DNA from: a virus
Virus record (IMG/VR): IMGVR_UViG_3300003792_000001
Length of the DNA: 60,674 nt
Reading direction: 5' to 3' (one strand)
Numbering within the stretch: the stretch's first letter is position 1; each line of letters starts with the position of its first letter. Positions 43,012 to 50,941 of the stretch are shown here, one piece after another. Under the pieces are notes generated by a model. That model had not been told where the DNA came from and did not search any database. It worked only from the letters and a program-made list of their open reading frames with translations. The position numbers and the translations under genes are program-made.

Positions 43012-43586
43012 TGCTGATCCTCGGCCTCGATCAAAGTATCACGCAAACCGGCTGGGCGCTGTATTCCTATCCCGGCGACGAGCGGCACATAAAATGCGGT
43101 TCGTTCTCGTCCATCGGCGATGATGCTGAGGCTCAGTGCGCGCAGTTTGCTTATCATTTGAAGCGGGTGCTGGGGCCGAAGGATCGGCGCCCGGATTTTA
43201 TCTGCTGGGAGCGCGCCAAGCGCCAGATTTCCGCCTATCGAAAGAAACCAAACGCCGACCTGCTCGGCCTCGGCGGCGATGCCATCATGACCGTCAATGC
43301 CGATCAGCTCTTGCTGCCGGAGATACAGGGCATCATCCGCGCGGCGGCGATCTTTTATCGCATCCCCTATGAATCGGTGTCCCCGGCCACATGGCGGGCG
43401 GCGCTGTATGGCCGGGGCGGCGGCAAGCTCCCGCGCGCCGATGCCAAGGCCAAGGCCAAGGATTACTGCAAGGCGCTCGGCATCCGGTTTGAAAACGAGA
43501 ACGAGGCCGAGGCGGCATGCATCGCCCGCTGGGCGGCGACGTGCTCGATGCAATTCCGGCTCCATATGGCGGGAGCGGCGGCATGA
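43011..43586 (+). CDS. RuvC-like Holliday junction resolvase
   Basis: MLILGLDQSITQTGWALY (RuvC motif 1-like) and C-terminal ENENEAEAACIARWAA. Confidence 0.65.
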   Translation: MLILGLDQSITQTGWALYSYPGDERHIKCGSFSSIGDDAEAQCAQFAYHLKRVLGPKDRRPDFICWERAKRQISAYRKKPNADLLGLGGDAIMTVNADQLLLPEIQGIIRAAAIFYRIPYESVSPATWRAALYGRGGGKLPRADAKAKAKDYCKALGIRFENENEAEAACIARWAATCSMQFRLHMAGAAA

Positions 43587-43828
43587 TGGAAACCCGCAAT
43601 ATCGGTCAAAGGCTGATCCGAAGCGAGCAATTCCTGCTGGGGTGGCTGAGCGCCGCCGACGATAGCGCGCTGGGCGAATGCCATGGCGGGACGCTGGACG
43701 CGCTTGTCGCGCACGGCCTCGTCGAGATCGGGCCGACGCCGCCGGGCAAAGACCGCTTCTATAGCCGCGTGCGGCTCACAAAAACCGGGTGGGAGGTGCT
43801 GGCATGGCTGAGCAGCAGCTCGTCCTAA
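43583..43828 (+). CDS. Hypothetical protein (81 aa)
   Basis: ATGA-coupled ORF. Confidence 0.5.
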   Translation: MMETRNIGQRLIRSEQFLLGWLSAADDSALGECHGGTLDALVAHGLVEIGPTPPGKDRFYSRVRLTKTGWEVLAWLSSSSS

Positions 43829-44502
43829 GCCTTTTCCCCGGCATCGGCCTGCTCGACATGGCATTCGAGGAGGCCGGATTTTGCGTGGTGCGTGGCCCGG
43901 ACCTTCTATGGGGTGGCGATATCCATAAATTCTTTCCGCCGCCGGGCCGCTTTGACGGCGTGATCGGCGGGCCGCCCTGTCAGAAATTCAGCACGGCGGG
44001 CAACATCGTCGGCACCAGCGCAGTCGATCTGATCCCCGAATTTATGCGCGTGGTCGAGGCCGTGCAGCCCCGGTGGATCGTCATGGAGAATGTGCCGCAG
44101 GCTATCGGCCACCCGGCAATCCCGCGCGACTGGTTTCATTTCAAACTGCGCGATTACGATTGCGGCGGCGAGACGTCGCGGGTCCGGGCTTTCTGGACAT
44201 GGCCGTTCATGGCGCTTGTGGCGCCGCGCGCCAATGGCGAGGCCGCGCACTCGGTCATGGCAAGCACCTTCAAGCGTGGCGCCGGGCAATATGCCAAGGA
44301 CAAGGGCTTCTTGCCTGGCAATCTCCCTATTGCCGAATATGCGCGGCTCCAGGGCGTGCCGGAAATCGGCGAGCGCCTCGTCCAATTCAAGTCGTCGCGG
44401 GCTTTCGCAATCCACGTGCTCGGCAACGGCGTGCCGCTTGCCATGGGCCGGGCGGTCGCCAAGACGGTCCGTCAATGCTTGCAAGCGGAGGTGGCAGCGT
44501 GA
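43804..44502 (+). CDS. Compact DNA (cytosine-5) methyltransferase
   Basis: Motif I LFPGIGLLD, motif IV GGPPCQKFS, motif VI MENVP, motif X GNGVPLAMG. Confidence 0.85.
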   Translation: MAEQQLVLSLFPGIGLLDMAFEEAGFCVVRGPDLLWGGDIHKFFPPPGRFDGVIGGPPCQKFSTAGNIVGTSAVDLIPEFMRVVEAVQPRWIVMENVPQAIGHPAIPRDWFHFKLRDYDCGGETSRVRAFWTWPFMALVAPRANGEAAHSVMASTFKRGAGQYAKDKGFLPGNLPIAEYARLQGVPEIGERLVQFKSSRAFAIHVLGNGVPLAMGRAVAKTVRQCLQAEVAA

Positions 44503-44558
44503 CGCGCGGTCCCTGATGATCAGGGATCGGCATTCAAACCAACGGGAGAAAAAGAACG

Positions 44559-45089
44559 ATGCGCCAGCTTTACAAAATTGTCTTTCGGTCGAAGCGCGGT
44601 CCACTCACCGAGATTGGGACGCTACTTGTTTGCGCGGATGATGCCTCATGCGCCGAGGCCACCGTCGCAGCGCACCTCGATATCCCGTTTATGAGCATCG
44701 AATTTACGACCACCCGCGTAAAGCCGTCGATCTACGAGCTGCACCGCAAGGAATACGTGGATACCGAGGCGGTGGCCGCCGCCAAGGAAAACAAGGCGCC
44801 GCCGCCGCCGCCGCCTGTGCGCCCGATCCCATCGTCGCCGCCTTTGGTGCACGACATTACCGTTTCCGCAAATGTGGTGGCCTACTCCGAAAGCGTGGCG
44901 CTGCGGCGGCTGGCCGAAGCGCTTATTGAAAGTGCGTCGGCGCGGCGTTCCGCCTTGCCGCAGCATGTCAGCGACTTTGAGGTTCATGTCGGCATTAGGC
45001 CGTGCCAGCCCAAGCGTTCACGCCTGAGCGAGCAGGGACAGTACAAAGAATCGCGCATATTCCAAGGAGGCGCGGCTCGCCCGCGTTGA
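44559..45089 (+). CDS. Hypothetical protein (176 aa) with a poly-Pro tract
   Basis: ORF with KAPPPPPPVRPIPSSPP. Confidence 0.55.
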   Translation: MRQLYKIVFRSKRGPLTEIGTLLVCADDASCAEATVAAHLDIPFMSIEFTTTRVKPSIYELHRKEYVDTEAVAAAKENKAPPPPPPVRPIPSSPPLVHDITVSANVVAYSESVALRRLAEALIESASARRSALPQHVSDFEVHVGIRPCQPKRSRLSEQGQYKESRIFQGGAARPR

Positions 45090-45094
45090 TCCCA

Positions 45095-45388
45095 ATGATT
45101 ATCAAGCCCACCCTCATCGCCTTTTGCCTGTTGAGCCCCAGCGCTATCGCCCATGAGGCGCCCAGCGGCTGGTCCTATCCATTCAATTGTTGCAGCAATC
45201 AGGATTGCCGGGAGGTCGCCGACGTGCCGGAAATGGCGGACGGCTACCACGCCAGCAATGGCGAGACGATCCCCTATAGCGACCCGCGTATCAAGGAAAG
45301 CCCGGACGGCAAATTCCACCTTTGCACCGTCGCCGGGCAAGCGCAAAGCCGCGCCCTTTGCCTGTTTGTCCCGCCAAGGAGCTTTTAA
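45095..45388 (+). CDS. Secreted Cys-rich small protein
   Basis: Signal peptide MIIKPTLIAFCLLSPSAIAHE, then WSYPFNCCSNQDCREV...HLCTV...ALCLF. Confidence 0.6.
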   Translation: MIIKPTLIAFCLLSPSAIAHEAPSGWSYPFNCCSNQDCREVADVPEMADGYHASNGETIPYSDPRIKESPDGKFHLCTVAGQAQSRALCLFVPPRSF

Positions 45389-45390
45389 AA

Positions 45391-46182
45391 ATGACGGTCA
45401 AGCTGCGGGTCATATCGCTCGGTGCAGGCGTCCAGTCGACCACAATGGCGCTGATGGCTGCGCATGGCGAAATCGGGCCCATGCCTGATTGCGCGATATT
45501 CGCCGATACCGGGTGGGAGCCAAAGGCGGTCTATCAGCACCTTGAATGGCTGCGCTCGCCCAATGTGCTGCCGTTCCCGGTGCATATCGTCAGCAAGGGC
45601 GATCTCAGGGCCGACTCGCTGGCGCGCCGCAATACGGACGGCAAGCGGCACGCCTCGGTGCCATGGTTCCTGCGGATGCCGAACGGCGCCGAGGGCATGG
45701 GGCGGCGGCAATGCACGAATGAATACAAGCTCAAGCCGATCACCCGGCAGATCAAGGAATTGCTCGGCGGGCGGCCCAAGGGCGGCGCCGAGGTCTGGAT
45801 CGGTATCTCCACCGACGAGGCGATGCGGGTAAAGCCCGCCCGCGTTCAATATATGATCAATCGCCACCCGCTGATCGAAATGCGGATGAACCGCCTCGAT
45901 TGCCTCGCGTGGCTGGATCGGCACGGCTACCCGATGCCGCCGAAATCCTCCTGCATCGGATGCCCCTATCATAGCGCCGCGCATTGGCGCGCCATGGGCG
46001 CCGACGAACTTGCCGATGCCATCGAGGTAGACGAGGCGATCCGCAATCAGGCGGGCATGAAGGGGCAGCAATTCATGCACCGCTCGCGCCGCCCGCTGAG
46101 CGAGGTCGATCTGTCCACGGACGAGGATCGCGGCCAATTGAACCTCTTCATCAATGAATGTGAGGGGATGTGCGGCGTATGA
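45391..46182 (+). CDS. PAPS reductase-family (PP-loop) protein
   Basis: VISLGAGVQSTTMALMAAHGEI...CAIFADTGWEP and C-terminal SCIGCPYHS are typical of phage PAPS-reductase-like proteins. Confidence 0.75.
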   Translation: MTVKLRVISLGAGVQSTTMALMAAHGEIGPMPDCAIFADTGWEPKAVYQHLEWLRSPNVLPFPVHIVSKGDLRADSLARRNTDGKRHASVPWFLRMPNGAEGMGRRQCTNEYKLKPITRQIKELLGGRPKGGAEVWIGISTDEAMRVKPARVQYMINRHPLIEMRMNRLDCLAWLDRHGYPMPPKSSCIGCPYHSAAHWRAMGADELADAIEVDEAIRNQAGMKGQQFMHRSRRPLSEVDLSTDEDRGQLNLFINECEGMCGV

Positions 46183-46745
46183 CGAAGGCGGCGCTCAAGT
46201 GGATCAAATTCTATCCGGCCAATTGGCTCGGCGATCCCGGCTTGCGCACGTGCAGCGCCGCCGCGCGCGGTCTGTGGATCGATATGCTTTGCTTGATGGT
46301 CAATGCCAGCCCCTACGGCCACCTCAAGCTGGGCCGCAAAAAGATTGACGTGCCGACGCTCGCCGGGCTGACCAACATCCCGCCTGGCCGGGTCGAAAAG
46401 CTGCTCGCCGAATTGCAGAAAGCGGCGGTTTTCAGCGTCACAAATCACGGCGTGATCTATTCGCGCAGAATGGTTCGGGAGTCCAAGTGGAGGGAAAATG
46501 GAGAAAAAGCGGCGAAAGCCAGATGGTCGCAACCCACTGAAACAGAAGGAGGAATTCAAAAGCGCAATGCGGGGTCTAATGCTAAAGAGTATAAGAGTAA
46601 TAGAATCCAAAAATCTTTACCCCCTGAGCCCGGAGTCGCGCGCGCAAGGCCGGGAGCGAAAGAGCCCACCGATTACAGCAACGAACCAGTCGAACCGACA
46701 GAGGCGCTGATCCGATCACGCCTTGTCAGGAAATACACGCACTGA
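46179..46745 (+). CDS. DUF1376 (YdaU-like) protein
   Basis: WIKFYPANWLGDPGLRTCSAAARGLWIDMLCLM matches the DUF1376 pattern. ATGA coupling. Confidence 0.7.
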   Translation: MTKAALKWIKFYPANWLGDPGLRTCSAAARGLWIDMLCLMVNASPYGHLKLGRKKIDVPTLAGLTNIPPGRVEKLLAELQKAAVFSVTNHGVIYSRRMVRESKWRENGEKAAKARWSQPTETEGGIQKRNAGSNAKEYKSNRIQKSLPPEPGVARARPGAKEPTDYSNEPVEPTEALIRSRLVRKYTH

Positions 46746-46765
46746 AACCGAACAGGAGAAAAATC

Positions 46766-47056
46766 ATGGCTACCACCGAATTGCAGCACACGAGCCTCAA
46801 GCTGATCACCGAACAGGGCCCGGCCCGGACGCGGCTTGAGCGGACGCTCCGCGAAGCCCAAGCGCTGTCCAAGGCGCTCGGCGAACTGTCCATGGCGCTG
46901 ACAGGCGGCAAGTACCAGGAGCCCGCCTCATCGCGATCAGCGGGGCTGAGAAGCCCGGACGGCCTATTGCCGCAGATGGACGCCACCGCCCGCGACATCG
47001 AGACGGAAATCGCCAACATGCGCCAGCTGATCGACCACATCCGGCGCTTGATCTGA
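46766..47056 (+). CDS. Hypothetical protein (96 aa)
   Basis: ORF in the operon. Confidence 0.5.
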   Translation: MATTELQHTSLKLITEQGPARTRLERTLREAQALSKALGELSMALTGGKYQEPASSRSAGLRSPDGLLPQMDATARDIETEIANMRQLIDHIRRLI

Positions 47057-47065
47057 GGCCAGCCC

Positions 47066-47281
47066 ATGCCCGAATTTTTCGACGATCACGACGCCCTCAA
47101 GTTGCTCAAGAGCCACGGCTATCGGGAAACCGCGAACGGCGTCTTGCGCGGGGATTGGCGGGCCATGAACGAGGGATGCCGCGCTGCGGTGCGGTATCTC
47201 TGCGACGAGTGGGATTTTGTTTTTATCCAAGAACCGAAAGGCCAACCCAATGACGACGAGACGCATCAACGAAACAATTGA
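47066..47281 (+). CDS. Hypothetical protein (71 aa)
   Basis: ORF in the operon. Confidence 0.45.
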   Translation: MPEFFDDHDALKLLKSHGYRETANGVLRGDWRAMNEGCRAAVRYLCDEWDFVFIQEPKGQPNDDETHQRNN

Positions 47282-47447
47282 GTTCGTGAAACAATCTATC
47301 ATCGACAACGACCCGCCGATTACAACGCGGGCTGCCCATGAGAAGTTTTTGAATGGATTGCGGGCAGTCGAATCGGAGGCCGCCGCATATCTTGCTGGGG
47401 TCCGGGAATGCATAGCACTCGCCGAACAGGCCATGGTGGAGGATTGA
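47250..47447 (+). CDS. Hypothetical protein (65 aa)
   Basis: The start is set at MTTRRINE. Overlaps the previous ORF, so the boundaries are uncertain. Confidence 0.4.
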   Translation: MTTRRINETIEFVKQSIIDNDPPITTRAAHEKFLNGLRAVESEAAAYLAGVRECIALAEQAMVED

Positions 47448-47452
47448 GACCG

Positions 47453-47743
47453 ATGCACACGAAGGATTTTCTCGCCGGAGAGCTGGAAAAAGCCGGATTG
47501 CCGGCGATGGCCGAAAAGGCTCGGAAAGGCCTCTACCACGATTATCTGTCCCCGCTGGATTTCCCCGAAATGGAACTCGACCGCGATCTGGTCGAAGCGA
47601 TCAAAGCGGGCAACGAAGCGGCGGCGGCCTTGCGGGCGCGGCACCACGAAGGCGAATTCGACGCCTCCATGGAGGAAAGCGACGAGTGGGCCCAAAGCCC
47701 CGAAGGGCGGGCGGCATTGGGCGGATTGCTGGGCAAAAAATGA
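47453..47743 (+). CDS. Hypothetical protein (96 aa)
   Basis: ORF ATGA-coupled to the DpdA-like gene. Confidence 0.5.
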   Translation: MHTKDFLAGELEKAGLPAMAEKARKGLYHDYLSPLDFPEMELDRDLVEAIKAGNEAAAALRARHHEGEFDASMEESDEWAQSPEGRAALGGLLGKK

Positions 47744-48426
47744 TCCACTATCACGGCACACCGCTGACACCGCGCTCGGAACTCCTGAAAATGGCGGGGA
47801 AGCATTTTTGCGTATCCTTTGCCGCGCCGCAGGATGCCGACTGGTGCATGGCCCACGGACAATCGGTCATGTGGGATAGCGGCGCTTTCAGCTCATTCAC
47901 GAAGGGCGATGCCGTCGACTGGGAAAAATACTTCACGTGGCTTCGGGCGCGCTTGGCGCACCCGCATTGGGCGGTGATCCCCGACGCTATCGGCGGCGAC
48001 GTCGATGAGCAAAGGGCGCTCGTCGCCCGATGGCCATTCTCGCGGCGCTTGGGCGCCCCGGTATGGCATATGGCCCTGCCTATCGACTACTTGCTTGAGC
48101 TTGCCGGGGAATGGCCGCGCGTTTGCTTCGGCAGTTCGGCGCAATACTGGCAAGTGGGCTCGGATGCATGGTGCCGCCGATGCGACGAGGCATTCAATGC
48201 GCTTGCCCAGCGCGGCCTTTCGGATTGCTGGATTCACATGCTGCGGGGCTTGGTCCTCGCCGGAGACAAATGGCCCTTTGCATCGGGCGACAGCACCAAC
48301 GTCGCCCAAAATTTCGAACGAAACCGCATATGCCCGGAGCGAATGGCGCGGCGCCTGGACGCCGTGCAATGCCCGCTTTTCTGGACGCCGCGCCCGCAAC
48401 AGAAGGATATGTTCAATGTGGCTTAA
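47740..48426 (+). CDS. dpdA: DpdA-like DNA (7-deazaguanine) transglycosylase candidate
   Basis: VMWDSGAFSSF (compare the MDSGAF motif of DpdA/TGT), IHMLRGL (HGFG-like position) and ASGDSTNVAQN (compare the DSMAW position). Followed by a YhhQ-like transporter gene. Confidence 0.55.
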   Translation: MIHYHGTPLTPRSELLKMAGKHFCVSFAAPQDADWCMAHGQSVMWDSGAFSSFTKGDAVDWEKYFTWLRARLAHPHWAVIPDAIGGDVDEQRALVARWPFSRRLGAPVWHMALPIDYLLELAGEWPRVCFGSSAQYWQVGSDAWCRRCDEAFNALAQRGLSDCWIHMLRGLVLAGDKWPFASGDSTNVAQNFERNRICPERMARRLDAVQCPLFWTPRPQQKDMFNVA

Positions 48427-48943
48427 AACCTCGGCACTGATTGCCGCCTTTGCGGCGACGATCCCGGCGGCAAACTGGCTTATCGGCCACGCCGGATCGC
48501 ATTGTATCGAAGGCGGGCCGTGCCTGATCCCGGTCGGCTTCGGCCTCTATGCGCCATCCGGCGTGCTGATGATCGGCGCGGCGCTCGTCCTTCGTGATCT
48601 AATTCAGGAGGCAGGCGGCCTGCGGGCGGCGCTGGCGGCCATCGGCATCGGGGCGGCCCTGTCATGGCTGATTGCCCCTCCCGCGCTTGTAGCGGCCTCT
48701 GTGGCCGCTTTCCTGCTGGCCGAATTGGCTGACCTTGCGGTCTATACGCCGTTGCGGCGGCGGCAGCTGGGTCTGGCGGTGCTCGCAAGCGGCATGGTTG
48801 GCGCGATCATCGATAGCGCGGTGTTCCTTTGGCTGGCGTTCGGATCGCTGCAATTCATCGAGGGGCAAATCATCGGCAAGGCATGGATGAGCGCGGCGGC
48901 ATCCGTCGCGATAACCTTTCACAAGCAATGGAGGACGGCATGA
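48416..48943 (+). CDS. yhhQ: VUT/YhhQ-family (queuosine-precursor transporter-like) membrane protein
   Basis: ASVAAFLLAELADLAVYTPLRRRQLGLAVLASGMVGAIIDSAVFLWLAFG parallels E. coli YhhQ ASFMAYALGQILDVHVFNRLRQ...STLFGNVSDTLAFFFIAF. The 48005-48415 part of the tracked ORF is rejected. Confidence 0.7.
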   Translation: MWLKTSALIAAFAATIPAANWLIGHAGSHCIEGGPCLIPVGFGLYAPSGVLMIGAALVLRDLIQEAGGLRAALAAIGIGAALSWLIAPPALVAASVAAFLLAELADLAVYTPLRRRQLGLAVLASGMVGAIIDSAVFLWLAFGSLQFIEGQIIGKAWMSAAASVAITFHKQWRTA

Positions 48944-49377
48944 CTTACGCTTGGAAGATCAACCACCCGTCGAACCCGGTATTCTCGGCCACTTGGTTCA
49001 TCAATGCCCCATGGGCGCACCCGCTGTGGCAGCAATACTTGCTGGCGCTCTATGATCTGACCACGCCGACGACCAAGCCGCCGACGCTGCATCTGCGGGA
49101 TGCCACGCACGAATTCATGCTCTATGCGCTCGATCCTGAGCACCCGATTGCCAAGGATGCGATTGTGCAGCCGGAACAGGTCTACAAGTTGAGCCCGCCG
49201 AATTTCGCCTACCAGTTCAAGGCCAAGAGCAACGCCGAGGCCGAGGAGCGGATACAGGCGGTGGTCGATGGCATCGTAGCGCGGCAGATCAGCCCGGACA
49301 CGGATGCGCGATCCTTCTGGAATAACGGGCTATTCCCCGACGCCTATGCGCTGGTCAAATCCGCGTTCGCGGGCTGA
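48940..49377 (+). CDS. Hypothetical protein (145 aa) coupled to the YhhQ-like gene
   Basis: ATGA overlap. No motif recognised. Confidence 0.55.
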   Translation: MTYAWKINHPSNPVFSATWFINAPWAHPLWQQYLLALYDLTTPTTKPPTLHLRDATHEFMLYALDPEHPIAKDAIVQPEQVYKLSPPNFAYQFKAKSNAEAEERIQAVVDGIVARQISPDTDARSFWNNGLFPDAYALVKSAFAG

Positions 49378-49391
49378 GCCCCGGCAAGCAA

Positions 49392-49428
49392 AAAGCCCGC
49401 GCCGGTGCTTGGTCCCGACGCGGGCTTT
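49392..49428. terminator. Hairpin between convergent operons (bidirectional terminator candidate)
   Basis: aaagcccgcg (49392-49401) pairs with cgcgggcttt (49419-49428). Confidence 0.55.
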
Positions 49429-49477
49429 CCATGGGCAATCGTGGGTATCAGCTACTGACTGCCGCGAGCAGGATAGC

Positions 49478-49702
49478 CTATTTTGCAGCCGCGTTCAGCC
49501 GCCGGATTACGTCGGCCAGCAGCGCCATCCGCTCCTCGCAAATGCGCTGCAAATCCGCCGCCATCCCCGGTGATAGATCGGCGGCGCCGGAGGCCAACCG
49601 GCGAACGTGCCGGTCGGACATATCGAGATCGCGGGCGATGTCGGACTGCCAACGGGGCCCATAAAGGGCCTCGCCAGCTTCGTGAAGGATTTTAGAGGTC
49701 AA
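49478..49702 (-). CDS. Hypothetical protein (74 aa)
   Basis: ORF directly after 49705..49905. Confidence 0.5.
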   Translation of the reverse strand: MTSKILHEAGEALYGPRWQSDIARDLDMSDRHVRRLASGAADLSPGMAADLQRICEERMALLADVIRRLNAAAK

Positions 49703-49704
49703 TT

Positions 49705-49905
49705 TTAGCTCCTGCGCCCATGGGGATCATCGGATTCCTCTTTGTAGCCGCGCTCGAATTCATCGTGGCGGCGACCCGGAGGATAGGGGTTTCGCTTGGG
49801 CTTGCGGTTCTCGGCGGCAAACTGACCGGCAATCCAAGCATAATAGACCGGATCGTCTTGTCCGTTTTTGCGAAAAAAGCGCTTTTCCTTGCGAGGGTCT
49901 ACCAT
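49705..49905 (-). CDS. Small basic protein (66 aa), cassette 1
   Basis: Preceded by the conserved leader (see 49906..49945). NPYPPGRRHDEFERGY is faintly Rmf/CrpP-like. Confidence 0.5.
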   Translation of the reverse strand: MVDPRKEKRFFRKNGQDDPVYYAWIAGQFAAENRKPKRNPYPPGRRHDEFERGYKEESDDPHGRRS

Positions 49906-49950
49906 GGGTCTTCTCCCTGTTGCGGCGGGGCCAATCCCCGTCCGTGGTTG

Positions 49951-49977
49951 ATTTCCAAATCCGCCCCGGAGGGCGGA
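49951..49977 (-). terminator. Terminator of cassette 2
   Basis: On the minus strand: TCCGCCC-TCCG-GGGCGGA followed by TTTGG. Confidence 0.55.
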
Positions 49978-49992
49978 TGCGGAAAGCAGCCT

Positions 49993-50202
49993 TTATTTCG
50001 TTTCCTCGATGTAGATTGTGCCCGCATCGCCAAGGCGGCAATGCGCGCCGGAGCGGAGGGTGGCGGCGCATTCGGCGAGCGGCCATTCCGGCTCTTCCCA
50101 GCGGATGATTTGCGCGCCGCGTGCGGCGGCGGCATCGATGCTGGAAAAGTCTTCGATTGCGGCGTCTGCATCGTCGGGCAGGATGAAAAGGCGGTAGGCC
50201 AT
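49993..50202 (-). CDS. Small acidic protein (69 aa), cassette 2
   Basis: Own promoter-like element, conserved leader and terminator. Confidence 0.55.
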   Translation of the reverse strand: MAYRLFILPDDADAAIEDFSSIDAAAARGAQIIRWEEPEWPLAECAATLRSGAHCRLGDAGTIYIEETK

Positions 50203-50255
50203 CGGGTCTTCTCCCGTTTCGCGGCGGGGCCAATCCCCATCCGTCTATGTCCTAA

Positions 50256-50283
50256 AGTTAGGCCATCCGGTCTCAAAATGCAA
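50256..50283 (-). promoter_or_regulatory. Promoter-like element of cassette 2 (TTGCAT-N16-CTAACT)
   Basis: Read on the minus strand. Same spacing and flanks (CTAnnTTTAGGACA) as cassette 3. Confidence 0.45.
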
Positions 50284-50295
50284 CAGAAAAGACCA

Positions 50296-50321
50296 CGGCA
50301 AAGCCCGCCCCGAAGGGCGGG
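50296..50321 (-). terminator. Terminator of cassette 3
   Basis: On the minus strand: CCCGCCC-TTCG-GGGCGGG followed by CTTTG...TCTTTTCTG. Confidence 0.55.
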
Positions 50322-50344
50322 ATCAGATCGGCTTTAAGCGGCGC

Positions 50345-50608
50345 TTAGAGCGCTTGCCATTCCCCGCGCTCGAATGAATAGGAGCCGTCCTCAATATCGA
50401 ATTGGCAGGCTTCCATGGCGAGGTTTCCATCGCCGCCGACCGTGACCAGAACCAACCATTCATCGTGGCCGGGAACGCTCCCAATCAAGGTCTCTTTGGG
50501 CGCATCGGCAAAGATAGCAAATTCATCGTCGCCCATCGGTCTGAATTGCCCTGGCAGCGTCATTGCATGAAAGACTTGGAATGCTGAGAATGAAGGGGCT
50601 TTTGCCAT
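50345..50608 (-). CDS. Small protein (87 aa), cassette 3
   Basis: The start is set at MAKAPSFS, behind the conserved leader/SD GGGAAAGACCC. Confidence 0.55.
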   Translation of the reverse strand: MAKAPSFSAFQVFHAMTLPGQFRPMGDDEFAIFADAPKETLIGSVPGHDEWLVLVTVGGDGNLAMEACQFDIEDGSYSFERGEWQAL

Positions 50609-50659
50609 GTTCGGGTCTTTCCCTGTTACCGGCGGGGCCATTCCCCTGCCGTGTCCTAA

Positions 50660-50687
50660 ATCTAGGGCATCATGGGGCGAGAAGCAA
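50660..50687 (-). promoter_or_regulatory. Promoter-like element of cassette 3 (TTGCTT-N16-CTAGAT)
   Basis: Read on the minus strand. The -35-like part overlaps the 11-nt gaagcaactcc core shared with the 31-nt repeats. Confidence 0.45.
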
Positions 50688-50725
50688 CTCCGCAGACCGG
50701 GGAAAGCCTTTGATAAATCCGCCGC

Positions 50726-50941
50726 TTATCGGAGGAAAAGGCTCCAAAAGCGCGTCATGGGCCCGATTTGCAAAATGATGATCATCGATAGCAGCACCAG
50801 ATTGACGATGATGCACAATTGCATGAACCGGATGCCGCGCTTGATCCGGCGGGCGAGCCACTCCTGATAGGCGATCAGCACCTCAAGGCTTCGGCGCGGA
50901 TCACCGCCCGGCCACGGCGGCGGTCGGAATGGCGCGTTCAT
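50726..50941 (-). CDS. Small membrane protein (71 aa)
   Basis: C-terminal TM FMQLCIIVNLVLLSMIIILQI. Confidence 0.5.
   Translation of the reverse strand: MNAPFRPPPWPGGDPRRSLEVLIAYQEWLARRIKRGIRFMQLCIIVNLVLLSMIIILQIGPMTRFWSLFLR

Noticed and set aside
48005-48415. N-terminal part of the tracked 312-aa ORF 48005-48943
   Set aside because: It is out of frame and overlaps the DpdA-like gene. YhhQ-like similarity begins at the Met at 48416.
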